Shown here one piece after another: positions 49,403 through 59,518 of a DNA stretch of 64,000 nucleotides; position 1 is the stretch's first letter; every line of letters starts with the position of its first letter. The DNA is from Nitrososphaeria archaeon (GTDB lineage Archaea > Thermoproteota > Nitrososphaeria > JACIWG01), in assembly GCA_963752255.1 (NCBI GenBank), contig CAVVXT010000010.1, forward strand, positions 64,001 to 128,000. Reading direction: 5' to 3'. Position numbers and translations under genes: made by a program. The notes beneath the pieces were generated by a model that saw only the letters and a program-made list of their open reading frames with translations, searched no databases and was not told where the DNA came from.

Positions 49403-50082
49403 AAAATAGCAAGAAGCTCTTTAAGACTGTTGACCTTATAATCCGGAATCTCAAAATCGTTTATAGGATTGAGGTTGACCATAACACCTTGCTTTACCCT
49501 TATAGTCCTGAAACCTAGTAGCTTAGATGGCCCCATGTCGATATCAAGTCTGTCACCGATCATTGTCGAATCTTCAGGACTACATTTCGCCATCTTCAAT
49601 GCCAGCTGGAATATCCTTGTATCCGGTTTCCTCAGCTTAACCTGCTCAGATAAGACTATGACACTAAAATATTCTGCGAGCCCAAAAGAGTTTATCCTTT
49701 GCCTCGTGCCCACTGGTTGGTTAGCTATTATACCTAACTTGTACTTTTTACTTAGCTCAGAAACCGTTTTTAGAGCGTCAGAATAAGGCTCCATTTTTTC
49801 CAGATACCTTTTCAAAGCATATTTTTTATATCGTTCAACAATTTTTAGCATAATTTTCTTATCACTCGAAAAGTGTTCGGTGAGCGTTTTTGCAAGCCCA
49901 AAATATGCTGCGCCGCCAAACCTTCTCTCTTCAATTATCTTCTTTAAAGTTTCATCAAAATCTTCATGAGTGATCTTAGCTCCTGAACGCTCAATCATTT
50001 CATAAACGTATCCAAACAGGTACTTGTCAAATGCCTCCTCATTAACAAGAGTTGACCCAATATCGAAGAACAGCCATTTCAT
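49399..50082 (-). CDS. HAD-superfamily hydrolase
   Basis: FDIGSTL, IAN, KPD, GDRLDID. Confidence 0.88.
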   Translation of the reverse strand: MKWLFFDIGSTLVNEEAFDKYLFGYVYEMIERSGAKITHEDFDETLKKIIEERRFGGAAYFGLAKTLTEHFSSDKKIMLKIVERYKKYALKRYLEKMEPYSDALKTVSELSKKYKLGIIANQPVGTRQRINSFGLAEYFSVIVLSEQVKLRKPDTRIFQLALKMAKCSPEDSTMIGDRLDIDMGPSKLLGFRTIRVKQGVMVNLNPINDFEIPDYKVNSLKELLAIL

Positions 50083-50163
50083 TTTCCCTCGACAAACCTC
50101 TCAAAACAGGCAATTTAACGATTTATTTGATTTATTTTTTCTGTAGAAGATATTCATTTTACT

Positions 50164-51354
50164 CTAGCTTTTCCTAGTGCTAAGCATACTAGCTAATAAT
50201 AAAGTGAAACTTAACGGAAACATCGATACCAAAGATGAAGATCCTATTAAAACTGCAGCGAGAGGTGGCGAGAGAGCCGATGTGGCCTGGAAGGTAGTCT
50301 GAGAGAGGCTGTATGCGATACCTCTTTTCTCTAAAGGTGTTAGGCTAGCTGTCATAGAGTTCACTGGAGGCCATAGTGTACAACTAAAGAAAGTGAATGA
50401 CATAAACATGGCAGTTAAAATAAAAGCAGTCGGAGTAAAAGGCAAGAGGATGACGAACAATGACGTAATGCCGATTACGAGCATTAACATCTTAAAGTCG
50501 CCCAGACGACCTCCAAGATATCCGGAAAAAAGACCTCCTATGATACCTATTAGAGGACCGAGTGTGAAGATCAGGCTTGCCGTAGCAGCAGGAATCCCTC
50601 TACCTAGAACCATGTAAGTTGTCATAAATGTCTGGATTACAGCGATTCCTGCCTGGGACAGCCCTAAGGAAATAAGGAAGAAGATGAACATCTTGTTGAA
50701 TATACTACCTTTGCTATAAATTCCATCAGGCTTATACTTCCCGATATTTGTGGGTGCCACAATTTTGACTCTTAGAAGAAGAAAAGCCCAGATAAGAATT
50801 GGAACAATCCATATAAAATAAGCAATCCTCCACTGGTCGTACAGAAGAAATAGCGAAAGCCCAAATAACCCCATAGAGATACCGACTGATCCTAACGCAG
50901 CATGTATACCTGCTCCTCTTATCAGATCACGATCGGAAAGTGATCTACTAATAGTCGAAAGGCCTGGGTTATGATATAAAGGATTTGAGATTCCTATACA
51001 TGCAAGTCCAAGGATAAGTAACTCAAAACTTGAGCTTTGATACACTATAAACCCTCCAAGAGCCTGCACCACCAAACCAAGAATAAGGATTGGTTTAGCT
51101 CCTATATTGTCAACAAAGTGGCCTACAACCACATTCATCAGGATTCCCACCGCAGTCGGAACAGCGGCGATTAAAGAAACTTGAAAAAGTGTCAGGTGAA
51201 ACTCTGTTATGAACACCGGTATAAGAGCAAGGTGCATCATAAGGTAAACCTCATTGAACATATGGGAAATATACATCGACCATATTTGGCTCCTTAATGG
51301 CCTTGTTATTGGGTTTGCTAGAATTTTAACGGACGTGACAAATCTACGCAACAT
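50164..51354 (-). CDS. MFS transporter
   Basis: About 12 TM helices; motif-A-like GHFVDNIG and GYLGGRLG. Confidence 0.85.
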   Translation of the reverse strand: MLRRFVTSVKILANPITRPLRSQIWSMYISHMFNEVYLMMHLALIPVFITEFHLTLFQVSLIAAVPTAVGILMNVVVGHFVDNIGAKPILILGLVVQALGGFIVYQSSSFELLILGLACIGISNPLYHNPGLSTISRSLSDRDLIRGAGIHAALGSVGISMGLFGLSLFLLYDQWRIAYFIWIVPILIWAFLLLRVKIVAPTNIGKYKPDGIYSKGSIFNKMFIFFLISLGLSQAGIAVIQTFMTTYMVLGRGIPAATASLIFTLGPLIGIIGGLFSGYLGGRLGDFKMLMLVIGITSLFVILLPFTPTAFILTAMFMSFTFFSCTLWPPVNSMTASLTPLEKRGIAYSLSQTTFQATSALSPPLAAVLIGSSSLVSMFPLSFTLLLASMLSTRKS

Positions 51355-51434
51355 TTCATGTTGTAATATAAATCTTTTTAGAACATGGGAACCGTTAAAT
51401 ATCGCCTTAAAAAAAGAATCTAATTAAGATAGGA

Positions 51435-51616
51435 TTGTTCGGTATAGCCTGCGAAAAATGTCCTAGGGTAGTTCAACATGGGTGTGCGCCTAAGGAAAAC
51501 GAATTCTTTCGAATAGCAACTTACGCCTATTATGAGGGAGTTAATTTCCCTATGAAACTACAAAACATGGGCCGATTGATTACGGATACTGCCCATTCAT
51601 ATCCTGTAAGGATTAA
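51435..51616 (+). pseudogene. decayed small Cys-rich (DUF3795-like) protein
   Basis: GIACEKCP...GCAPKEN...YEGV, then in another frame FPYETTKHGPIDYGYCPFISCKD*; several expected Cys are lost. Confidence 0.5.
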
Positions 51617-51638
51617 TATTACGCAGGGTCGATAAACT

Positions 51639-52760
51639 ATGGTAGGGTCTAACAGGGAACGTTTTCTTGCAGTGCTGAAACATAGGATACCGGATAAGGT
51701 GCCGATAACGGATTTGGACATAGACGGCTCAATCGTAGAAAAGATCACAGGAGTCAATACAAGTGGAGGTGGGCAGCAATCTCCAATGATAGATAGAACA
51801 AACAGTTGGAAGAAGGTTCTAAGGAACGTCGACGCACTAATTGATACGCACAGGGCGTTAGACTTTGACGCCTTTTTGCTCACTAACTACAGAATGTCGA
51901 GGAAAGGGTATAAGCCCAAATTCCTCGATAAGGAAACTTTTGTTGACGAATGGGGTAGAAGGATGAAGATAAGAAAGGATACAGATATAGTATGGTATTG
52001 TGGGGGAACAATAAACACAGAGGAAGAGCTTGAGGCGTTCAACCCCCCTAACGTGCACGAACCCGGTAGAGAAGAGGTCCTCCTCCATGCAATAAAGAAT
52101 GCAGGGGAAGAAATGGCTGTTGGAGGAGAGGTGCAAACGGGTTTTGTGATATCCTGGGAAGCCAGAGGCGGCTTGGACAAGTTTGTAATAGACATGTATA
52201 GAAATCCCACATTTGCGAAGAAGGTGATGAAAAAGTTCGCAGATGCTTGCTTTGAATTCGCTAAGATGATGTTAGATGACGGTGTTGATCTTTTAGTTTT
52301 GACCGACGATTACGCCGATAATCATGGTCCAATCATAAGCCCAGCCCTTTTCAGAGAATTCGAGCTCCCATACCTAAAGCGTGTTATAGAAACTGCAAAT
52401 AACAGGAATGTTCCAGTCATGAAACACAGTGACGGTAACCTGTATCCTCTATTAGACGACCTGATCGATGCAGGTATTTCAGGACTACATCCCATCGAGC
52501 CCGGACCAATGGATATAGCTGATGTAAAAAAGAGATATGGTGATAGAATATTTTTGGGAGGCAATGTCGACTGTAAAAGGATCCTACCTTATGGTTCAGA
52601 ATCAGATGTTAGAAAAGATGTTAGAAGGGTAATCGATGCCGCAGGAAAGGACGGTGGGCTCGTACTTACGTCAAGTAATTCCCTGCACTCCGGTGTGAAG
52701 GTTGATAACATATTCACAATGGTCGACGAAGCTAGAAAATATGGTAAATATATAACGTAG
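51639..52760 (+). CDS. uroporphyrinogen decarboxylase / MtaA-like TIM-barrel protein
   Basis: PDKVP, DEWG, DDYA, KHSDGN, GGNVD, SSNS. Confidence 0.85.
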   Translation: MVGSNRERFLAVLKHRIPDKVPITDLDIDGSIVEKITGVNTSGGGQQSPMIDRTNSWKKVLRNVDALIDTHRALDFDAFLLTNYRMSRKGYKPKFLDKETFVDEWGRRMKIRKDTDIVWYCGGTINTEEELEAFNPPNVHEPGREEVLLHAIKNAGEEMAVGGEVQTGFVISWEARGGLDKFVIDMYRNPTFAKKVMKKFADACFEFAKMMLDDGVDLLVLTDDYADNHGPIISPALFREFELPYLKRVIETANNRNVPVMKHSDGNLYPLLDDLIDAGISGLHPIEPGPMDIADVKKRYGDRIFLGGNVDCKRILPYGSESDVRKDVRRVIDAAGKDGGLVLTSSNSLHSGVKVDNIFTMVDEARKYGKYIT

Positions 52761-52858
52761 AATGGATCGGATTAAATCGACATTGAATGAATAGCTTGTT
52801 GTGAGCCATATAAATTTATAAAAGAAGAATTCCTATTTTAAGGATGAGGTTTTAGAAT

Positions 52859-54055
52859 TTGAAGGTTACGGATATTAAACCGTTCTCTAGACCAGTTATC
52901 GGAAAGGTTATCGGAAAACCGGTTTTTCAAGATGCAATAAACTATGGTGGGAACATTATCCGATGGACATACACTGAAATTTTGACTGATGAAGGGATTA
53001 CAGGAATAATTCCATACGACATGTCAGCCTATATGTTAGAGTTACTGAAGCCAGCCGTAGTCGGAGAAGATCCAATGGATATTCAGAAGGTATGGAATCA
53101 AATGTACTGGAGGAGCTTTAATGAAGGACGGAAAGGATCCGCGATCATTGCTATGAGTCAGATCGACATCGGGCTATGGGATATAATCGGAAAGAAGCTT
53201 AAAACGCCTGTCTACAGGCTTCTCGGAGGTTACAGAGATAGGGTTCCGGGATATGGTAGCGGTGGTGTTCTTTCATTAAGCAGGGATCAGCTGGTAAAAG
53301 AACAATTAAATTGGGTGGAGGCTGGATTCAAGGCCGTAAAGATGAAGGTTGGGCGACGTGATCCGAGGGAAGATATAGAAAGAGTTAGGGCTGTGCGACA
53401 AGCGGTAGGAAACAACATAGACCTGATGGTTGATGCAAACAATGGCTGGACCACAAGCACAGCTATTCAGATGGCTAAAAGACTGGAACGTTTTGACGTC
53501 AGATGGCTCGAAGAGCCTGTCGTTGCGGAAGACTATGAAGGTTATCCTAGAGTTTCTGCATCCACGGATATTCCAATTGCTGGAGGAGAAAGCGAATATA
53601 CAAAATTCGGGTTCAAAGAGCTTTTCGTCAGAAAATGTGTCGACATATGCCAAGCTGATGTAGGTAAAGTGGGAGGAATAACAGAGTACATGAAGATATC
53701 AGCCATGGCCGAAGCGTTCAACATACCTATGTGTCCACATGGTCTAGGCTTAGTCAGCGCACATTGTGTTGCGGCAACTTCCAACGGTATGACTGTAGAG
53801 TTCTTCGATGGGAACCGGCTACCCAACAACACAATGAGGAAGTTTCAAGAAGATACCGGACGAAAGTTCATGCCAAACAGCATTCAACCAATTAAGGGAT
53901 GGATTGATCTTCCAAAAGTTCCCGGCTTAGGGTTAGATCCCGACTTGGACGCTATAGAAGAATATCGTAGAAAGTACAAATTCAAAAACGAAGAATTATA
54001 TGGAGGACCTGGAACAAAACCTCCGTTTAACAACAACATGTTTCTCTCACTATAA
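52859..54055 (+). CDS. mandelate racemase/muconate lactonizing enzyme family (acid-sugar dehydratase-like)
   Basis: DIGLWDI..K...PVY.LLGG, KMK, VDAN, EEP, GE, D...GG, PH. Confidence 0.9.
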   Translation: MKVTDIKPFSRPVIGKVIGKPVFQDAINYGGNIIRWTYTEILTDEGITGIIPYDMSAYMLELLKPAVVGEDPMDIQKVWNQMYWRSFNEGRKGSAIIAMSQIDIGLWDIIGKKLKTPVYRLLGGYRDRVPGYGSGGVLSLSRDQLVKEQLNWVEAGFKAVKMKVGRRDPREDIERVRAVRQAVGNNIDLMVDANNGWTTSTAIQMAKRLERFDVRWLEEPVVAEDYEGYPRVSASTDIPIAGGESEYTKFGFKELFVRKCVDICQADVGKVGGITEYMKISAMAEAFNIPMCPHGLGLVSAHCVAATSNGMTVEFFDGNRLPNNTMRKFQEDTGRKFMPNSIQPIKGWIDLPKVPGLGLDPDLDAIEEYRRKYKFKNEELYGGPGTKPPFNNNMFLSL

Positions 54056-54216
54056 AGATAGAAGAAAAGAAAAAATAGATGCTCCAGATAATGCGACTTC
54101 ATACGTAGTTAGAATATTTTTTGCGGTTTTGATGACCTTCTTCTGATCTTGTTTAAAGGAAGGATTAATAATTTTGATATAGAAAGGATTAAATCAATCT
54201 AGATTAATAAATATAT

Positions 54217-55096
54217 TTGATAATCTTGGAAAAGGATCCCTTCTTAGAAAAGATACTTGTTCTGGCGGATGGTTCTCCACTAAGTAACTTGGCAATGGAC
54301 ACATCCGTGAGAATGGTCAAGAAGACGGATGCAAAGGTAACAGTACTGCACGTTATCCCTGACAGAGCGTTGTACTCTGGTTTCTATCCTGAAAACATTC
54401 CTTATGATGTGATAACTAAAATTTTTGATGACCTGGAAGAAAGGGGAAAGAAGATAATAAGTGAAGCTCAAGAAGTATTCAAAAAAGAGGGAATAGAAGT
54501 TGAAGCACAGATCATTAGAGGACCTGACCCAGCGGAAGTCGCGCTCGAATATTCGAGACAGGGATTTGATATCATTATAGTCGGCGCAAGAGGTGAAGAC
54601 GAAAAAGATCCCAGAATGCTTGGAAGCATTACCTAGGAAGGTTGTAATGAATGCCACAGTCCCTACTCTCATAATCAAGAAGGAATGTCCTCTGGAGCGA
54701 TTTCTCGTGTGTGTCGACGGGTCTGAACATTCAATAATAGCCCTAGATTATATTTCTAAGCTAGCCCAAGAGATGGGGTCAAAGATTACGATTATTAACG
54801 TAGAAGAACGTAAACTCTACGATATGTCGCCCAGGACTGCTGTAGAAGGTGGCCAATTGGTCATCTCGCACGCCCTTTCTTCAATCGGTAAGCCTGACCT
54901 ACCTGTAGATAAAAGAGTAGAATTCGGGGTAACCTCAGATGTCTTAGTTGAAGTCGCAGAAAAAGAAGGCATTGACTTAATAGTCATGGGAAGTAGAGGT
55001 CTAGGAACCGTAAGACGATTCTTACTTGGAAGCGTCAGCGATGACGTCAGCCAAAAAGCTAGAACTTCTGTCCTGATATTTCCTTGGAGAAAATAG
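54217..55096 (+). CDS. tandem-domain universal stress protein; frameshift at about 54633
   Basis: Two Usp domains (DGS...VGARG...LGS and VDGS...MGSRG...LGSVS). Confidence 0.85.
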
Positions 55097-55378
55097 ATCC
55101 AAGGAGAAAAATTAAGACTGCAAACCAGCAATGGAATGGTTCAACTCATAAAAGCGCCGAATCATTTATAGAAGCAAGGTTAAGTTTGATTATTTAACAG
55201 TTTATTCCCTATTTTTCTAATTATGATGCGATCCAGCGGAATTATTAATGACAGTAGAAAATTTTGTTTTCAAAAAAAATTATTTATTTCTGAATATTTT
55301 GTCAAATAGCTAATAAAATGTTTCTATACTAAACGTTTATGTGCTCTCCAAACATCTCAGCTTTAAGATGGACTATTT

Positions 55379-56227
55379 ATGGAGTACAAAGATTTTGGTA
55401 GGGCGAAAGTCAAAGTTTCTGCAATAGGAATGGGTACGTTCTTTGACGCAAAAGGTATAATGGAATCATTGATCCTTGGTCATCATAGGAACGAAAAGGA
55501 AAAGATTGAAGCATTGAAGAAAGGAATAGAGCTTGGCATCAATTTTATAGATACAGCTGAGGTATATCGCACAGAGAAATATATTGGCGAAGTCATCAAA
55601 GGCTATAAAAGGGAGGACCTATTCATCGCGACAAAGGTTTCTTCATGGCATCTAAGGCATGAACAGGTCTTAAAAGCAGCCATACGGAGCTTAAGCAGGC
55701 TCCAGACTTCTTACATCGACCTCTACCAGATACATATGCCGAATTCTAGAGTTCCCATCAAGGAAACCATGAATGCGATGGGGCAGCTTATTAAGGAAGG
55801 AAAGATCAGATATGTTGGGGTAAGTAATTTCTCACTTGACCAAGTTAAGGAGGCGGACAGTGTATTTTCGAACTCTGAACTGGTTTCCGTTCAAAACAAA
55901 TATAATCTAGTTGACCGAGGTTTAGAAGTTGACATACTACCATACTGCATTAAGAATAACATAGTTATAATACCATATTTACCGCTGGCACATGGGAAAC
56001 TTACAAAACCTTCTCGGAAACAGAAAGAAGTTTTAGACCATATCTCCGAGAAGTATGGAGGAAAGACACCGGCCCAAATAGCCTTGAACTGGTTTCTTTC
56101 CAAGAGTAAAATAATCTTTCCAATCCCAAGAGCTTCTAAACCAAGTAGAATCATAGAAAATGTTGGAGCAACAGGCTGGACAATGGAAAAAGATGACATC
56201 ACCACATTAGAAAATACTTTCCAATAA
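55379..56227 (+). CDS. aldo/keto reductase
   Basis: IDTAEVY, IATKV, DLYQIH, GVSNF, PIP. Confidence 0.92.
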   Translation: MEYKDFGRAKVKVSAIGMGTFFDAKGIMESLILGHHRNEKEKIEALKKGIELGINFIDTAEVYRTEKYIGEVIKGYKREDLFIATKVSSWHLRHEQVLKAAIRSLSRLQTSYIDLYQIHMPNSRVPIKETMNAMGQLIKEGKIRYVGVSNFSLDQVKEADSVFSNSELVSVQNKYNLVDRGLEVDILPYCIKNNIVIIPYLPLAHGKLTKPSRKQKEVLDHISEKYGGKTPAQIALNWFLSKSKIIFPIPRASKPSRIIENVGATGWTMEKDDITTLENTFQ

Positions 56228-56247
56228 TAATAAAATGATATAACATC

Positions 56248-56688
56248 TCAAAAGGAGCTTGAATCTTCATTCGTTTTTTTGTCAAAATATTTTTTCAAAG
56301 GATTCCAGTAATAGTCGATCCAGCCTTGCCTATAATATTCCGCTTGTTCGGCAGGAACTTTAGAATGTGTCATATTAACTACTGTGCCACTTCTGGTCTT
56401 CCTGAACGTGAGCTTGAAGATCGAAGGTGGATAACCCGACGGCCATTCTGACGTCTTCCATTCCTGCACTATCTTCTTTCCTTTCACAAGTTCTAAATTC
56501 TTTCCAGATATATAGCCATCGCCTGCAGTAAATTTCTGTCCCACCTCAGGCACCCCAGTAGCCTTGGTACCAGTAAAAGCCGAGTGCACTTCAGGGTTCA
56601 TAAAGGCTTCATAAAGCTTCTCAGGAGATGCTGTTACAGTTATCTTCTGCTTTATAGTTGATGTCTTAAATTCCATAAAACCCGCCAA
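56248..56688 (-). CDS. SRPBCC / AHSA1-like ligand-binding protein
   Basis: ASPEKLYEA, IVQEW, GW..YYW. Confidence 0.85.
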   Translation of the reverse strand: MAGFMEFKTSTIKQKITVTASPEKLYEAFMNPEVHSAFTGTKATGVPEVGQKFTAGDGYISGKNLELVKGKKIVQEWKTSEWPSGYPPSIFKLTFRKTRSGTVVNMTHSKVPAEQAEYYRQGWIDYYWNPLKKYFDKKTNEDSSSF

Positions 56689-56718
56689 TAATATTAAATC
56701 GCGTAAATAATAAATTTT

Positions 56719-56736
56719 ACCCGTATATGTTCGGGT
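56719..56736. promoter_or_regulatory. near-perfect palindrome ACCCGTATATGTTCGGGT, candidate regulator site; related site at 56798-56817
   Basis: Inverted repeat adjacent to the BRE/TATA of the SRPBCC gene; core ATATGTTCG repeated at 56805. Confidence 0.55.
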
Positions 56737-56822
56737 TATTTTTTCATCTTTTGCTATAATTCTTTTCTAAAAAAGCGATAGATATTTACATAAGCGTTTC
56801 GCTAATATGTTCGTGAATACAT

Positions 56823-57467
56823 CTGACTAACAATAAACAGGCTGAGCCTTACCACATAACTATTGAGATAGAGAACAAACAGTGCAAGATACTAAGAATG
56901 TTGGAACACCTTCGTATACAGCATTTTGAAATGACCGATATCAGGAGTTATGCCCAACGTTCGACCGGACATCTGGTTAAGATGTCCAGGGAACAATTCA
57001 ACAAATTGCCTAGAAATTTCGTTGGAACTCAGACGGGTAACGTATCTGAGGGAGAAGCATCGGTATGGCTCAATAGTAAAGGTTGTGATGTCTGTGGAAC
57101 AATATTATCTAATGAATCATTCCTCGTGTCGGGAAGAAACATAGAGGGGTACACAATTGTCTACAGCTTTATAACGCCTAATTTTGACGCTTTCAAGAAC
57201 ATTATATCAACTTTAGAAGATAAGGGTTTTAAACCAAAGATAATGGAAGTTGGAAAATACACACCGAAGGGTAAGATCTTGACGAAAAAGCAGGAGAGCG
57301 TGCTTTGGTTTGCATTTAACATGGGCTTCTTTGACTATCCTAGGAAGATCAATTCGATAGAGCTTTCAAAAAAACTAGGAATAGGTGTTTCCACGTTTTC
57401 CGAAGTCACTAGAAGAGGTATACATAGATTGTTAGAGCACCATCTTGAGACCTTAGACTCCAGTTAA
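56823..57467 (+). CDS. Bat/HTH_10-type transcriptional regulator; frame is open 25 codons upstream of the ATG at 56898
   Basis: C-terminal LTKKQ..VL..A..MGFFDYPRKI...ELSKKLGI..ST.SE..RR. Confidence 0.82.
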   Translation: MTNNKQAEPYHITIEIENKQCKILRMLEHLRIQHFEMTDIRSYAQRSTGHLVKMSREQFNKLPRNFVGTQTGNVSEGEASVWLNSKGCDVCGTILSNESFLVSGRNIEGYTIVYSFITPNFDAFKNIISTLEDKGFKPKIMEVGKYTPKGKILTKKQESVLWFAFNMGFFDYPRKINSIELSKKLGIGVSTFSEVTRRGIHRLLEHHLETLDSS

Positions 57468-57535
57468 AAATCTAGAAAAAGCAATCCAAAGTCTCAGCTA
57501 AGTCGATTTAATAGAGGAAGCGATCTTTTTGTATG

Positions 57536-57919
57536 TTATCTTCTAGTGAGAACTGTTATAACATATATTCCTATAACTATAACTAATATGCCCATGATTA
57601 TAAAAAAAGAGGATATAAAAAACCATATTCCAAAGCCTTCGACAACTTGTAAATAGAACGCTAAACCTAGCAGAACTAAGATTATACCTCCGATTAAGGG
57701 ACCGATGAACCTGAACATCCCTCCGCCATATCTGTTCCATCTCTCGTCCCTCATTCTTCTTCTTTCTTCCCTCCATTCCCTTTTCGCGTCCCTAATTTCC
57801 GCTTTAGCGCGGTCTTTTACGTCTTCATATTGTGAGCCTTTAAGAGAAGTGCCGCACTTAGAGCAAAATGCCATTGCTTCATCCACTTCTGAACCACACT
57901 TTGGACAGTAAGGCATCAA
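57536..57919 (-). CDS. zinc-ribbon plus charged linker plus 2-TM membrane protein
   Basis: YCPKCG...FCSKCG, then two hydrophobic helices. Confidence 0.8.
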   Translation of the reverse strand: MMPYCPKCGSEVDEAMAFCSKCGTSLKGSQYEDVKDRAKAEIRDAKREWREERRRMRDERWNRYGGGMFRFIGPLIGGIILVLLGLAFYLQVVEGFGIWFFISSFFIIMGILVIVIGIYVITVLTRR

Positions 57920-58000
57920 ATTACCCCTTTATATCAGAGTCGATATTGACAAGCAGAATATTTAAAGTTGTCCGCGTAAAATAAAAAAATTAAATAGAGG

Positions 58001-58504
58001 GTGAAAATTACGTACTATGATAAATATTTGAATGACGATAATACTTTAGTCAGGTCAAAGCATTTTGAATATGTGATCGGTATTGTCTCTTTCGGAATTT
58101 TCATAATATTAATTGGGGTCATATCAATTTTAACTCCTGGTTTATTTGGAAAAATTCAAGATTTCTTTAGAGATTTCCACTTAACTAAGCTTCCCAATAC
58201 TCAAAATGTCTTTCTTCCAGCGCCGGCCGATCCAGGCGCTCATTTAGCCCTCTACAATGCAGTCGGTCTGTTCTGTCTGTTATGGGGATTATTCCAAATT
58301 TTGGTTTTAGTGGCTAAGCTTCTGCTGAACTTGTCAACTGTTAGCAAGGCTAGAAATATTTCCGATGTAATCTTCTGGCTGGGTTCTTACTACCTAATCG
58401 GTGTTTTCCTAAATGGAACCTTAACTTTAACCTCTTGGTTCGCATTTTGGGCAACGATAATAATACTTTTGGGCATCTCACTATTAGCTAGAGCGGTTCT
58501 CTAG
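58001..58504 (+). CDS. hypothetical 4-TM membrane protein
   Basis: Hydrophobic ORF; GAGG Shine-Dalgarno-like sequence before the GTG start. Confidence 0.65.
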   Translation: MKITYYDKYLNDDNTLVRSKHFEYVIGIVSFGIFIILIGVISILTPGLFGKIQDFFRDFHLTKLPNTQNVFLPAPADPGAHLALYNAVGLFCLLWGLFQILVLVAKLLLNLSTVSKARNISDVIFWLGSYYLIGVFLNGTLTLTSWFAFWATIIILLGISLLARAVL

Positions 58505-58628
58505 CTTTCAGCTCACATATGTAACAGAACTGATCCGTTTTTAATGCATGTTGCAAAAGAAAATAGAGTCGAATGTACAAAAAAATTGTCTTGAAGAATT
58601 ATAATGGACATATACTTACTATTAATAA

Positions 58629-58832
58629 ATGAACAGGAATAAGAACGAAATCATGAAACTAAAAAGAGCCAGAAAACTTGGGCTTAGGCTTGAAGATATA
58701 TTGAAGGAACGAATATACAGAACAGGAACAAAATTGTTAGAACTGCAGCGCGAGAGGAGAAAAATGGAGGAGAGAATCATAAAGTTGGAAGGTAAAACAA
58801 GTCGTAAGGTTAAAAATTCAACAAATGCCTAA
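58629..58832 (+). CDS. small basic coiled-coil hypothetical protein
   Basis: 67-aa K/R/E-rich ORF in an otherwise empty intergenic space. Confidence 0.4.
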   Translation: MNRNKNEIMKLKRARKLGLRLEDILKERIYRTGTKLLELQRERRKMEERIIKLEGKTSRKVKNSTNA

Positions 58833-58862
58833 TCTAACTATAGAATCCGCATCCGAAAAATT

Positions 58863-59505
58863 CTAAATGTTCATTTTTGGCACTTGTTGACCAGAGACAA
58901 TGTACACAACAGAATCACCTATGTAAGTAGCATGGTCGGCTATTCTCTCGAGATATCGAAGAATAAGGATAGATGATATCGAACATTTGACGTCGGCATT
59001 GGACTGCGTAGACACCTGCCTTAAAGCATCCACATATATTTTGTCAATAACGTCGTCCATCTCTCTAACCTCCTTCGCAATCGTTACATTTTTTTCAACA
59101 AAGGCTTGGATGCTGAGTTTTATCATTTCCTTCGCCTGCTCACCCGCTTTTAATACTTCAGTTTTATCGCATGTCGAAAGGTTGCCAACGATTCTTAACA
59201 CCTGTGATATGTCAAACGCATATCTTCCAAATCGTGAGAAGCCATAGCTTATCTCCATGCATGACTTCAAAAACCTAACGTCTGATGCCACTGGCTGATA
59301 TCTAGATATTATTTCAACTGCCAGCTCGTTTACATCATCCTCCATCTTTCGTAGTTGGAGAGATGAGCACGTAGACCATATCCGCCAGGTCTTGTCCCTC
59401 ACTGTAAGAGTTGATTGCAGTGAACACGGTTGCCTCCGAATAGTCCGCCATTTCCATGATCATACTCTTTAGCCTTTCAAGCCCCATATCCATTAATCTG
59501 ACCAT
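58863..59505 (-). CDS. phoU: phosphate uptake regulator PhoU; frameshift at about 59368
   Basis: MVRLMDMGLERLK N-terminus with GGTGA Shine-Dalgarno; RYQPVASDVR, DDVID, YLERIADHA. Confidence 0.88.
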
Positions 59506-59518
59506 TTCTTTTCACCTT

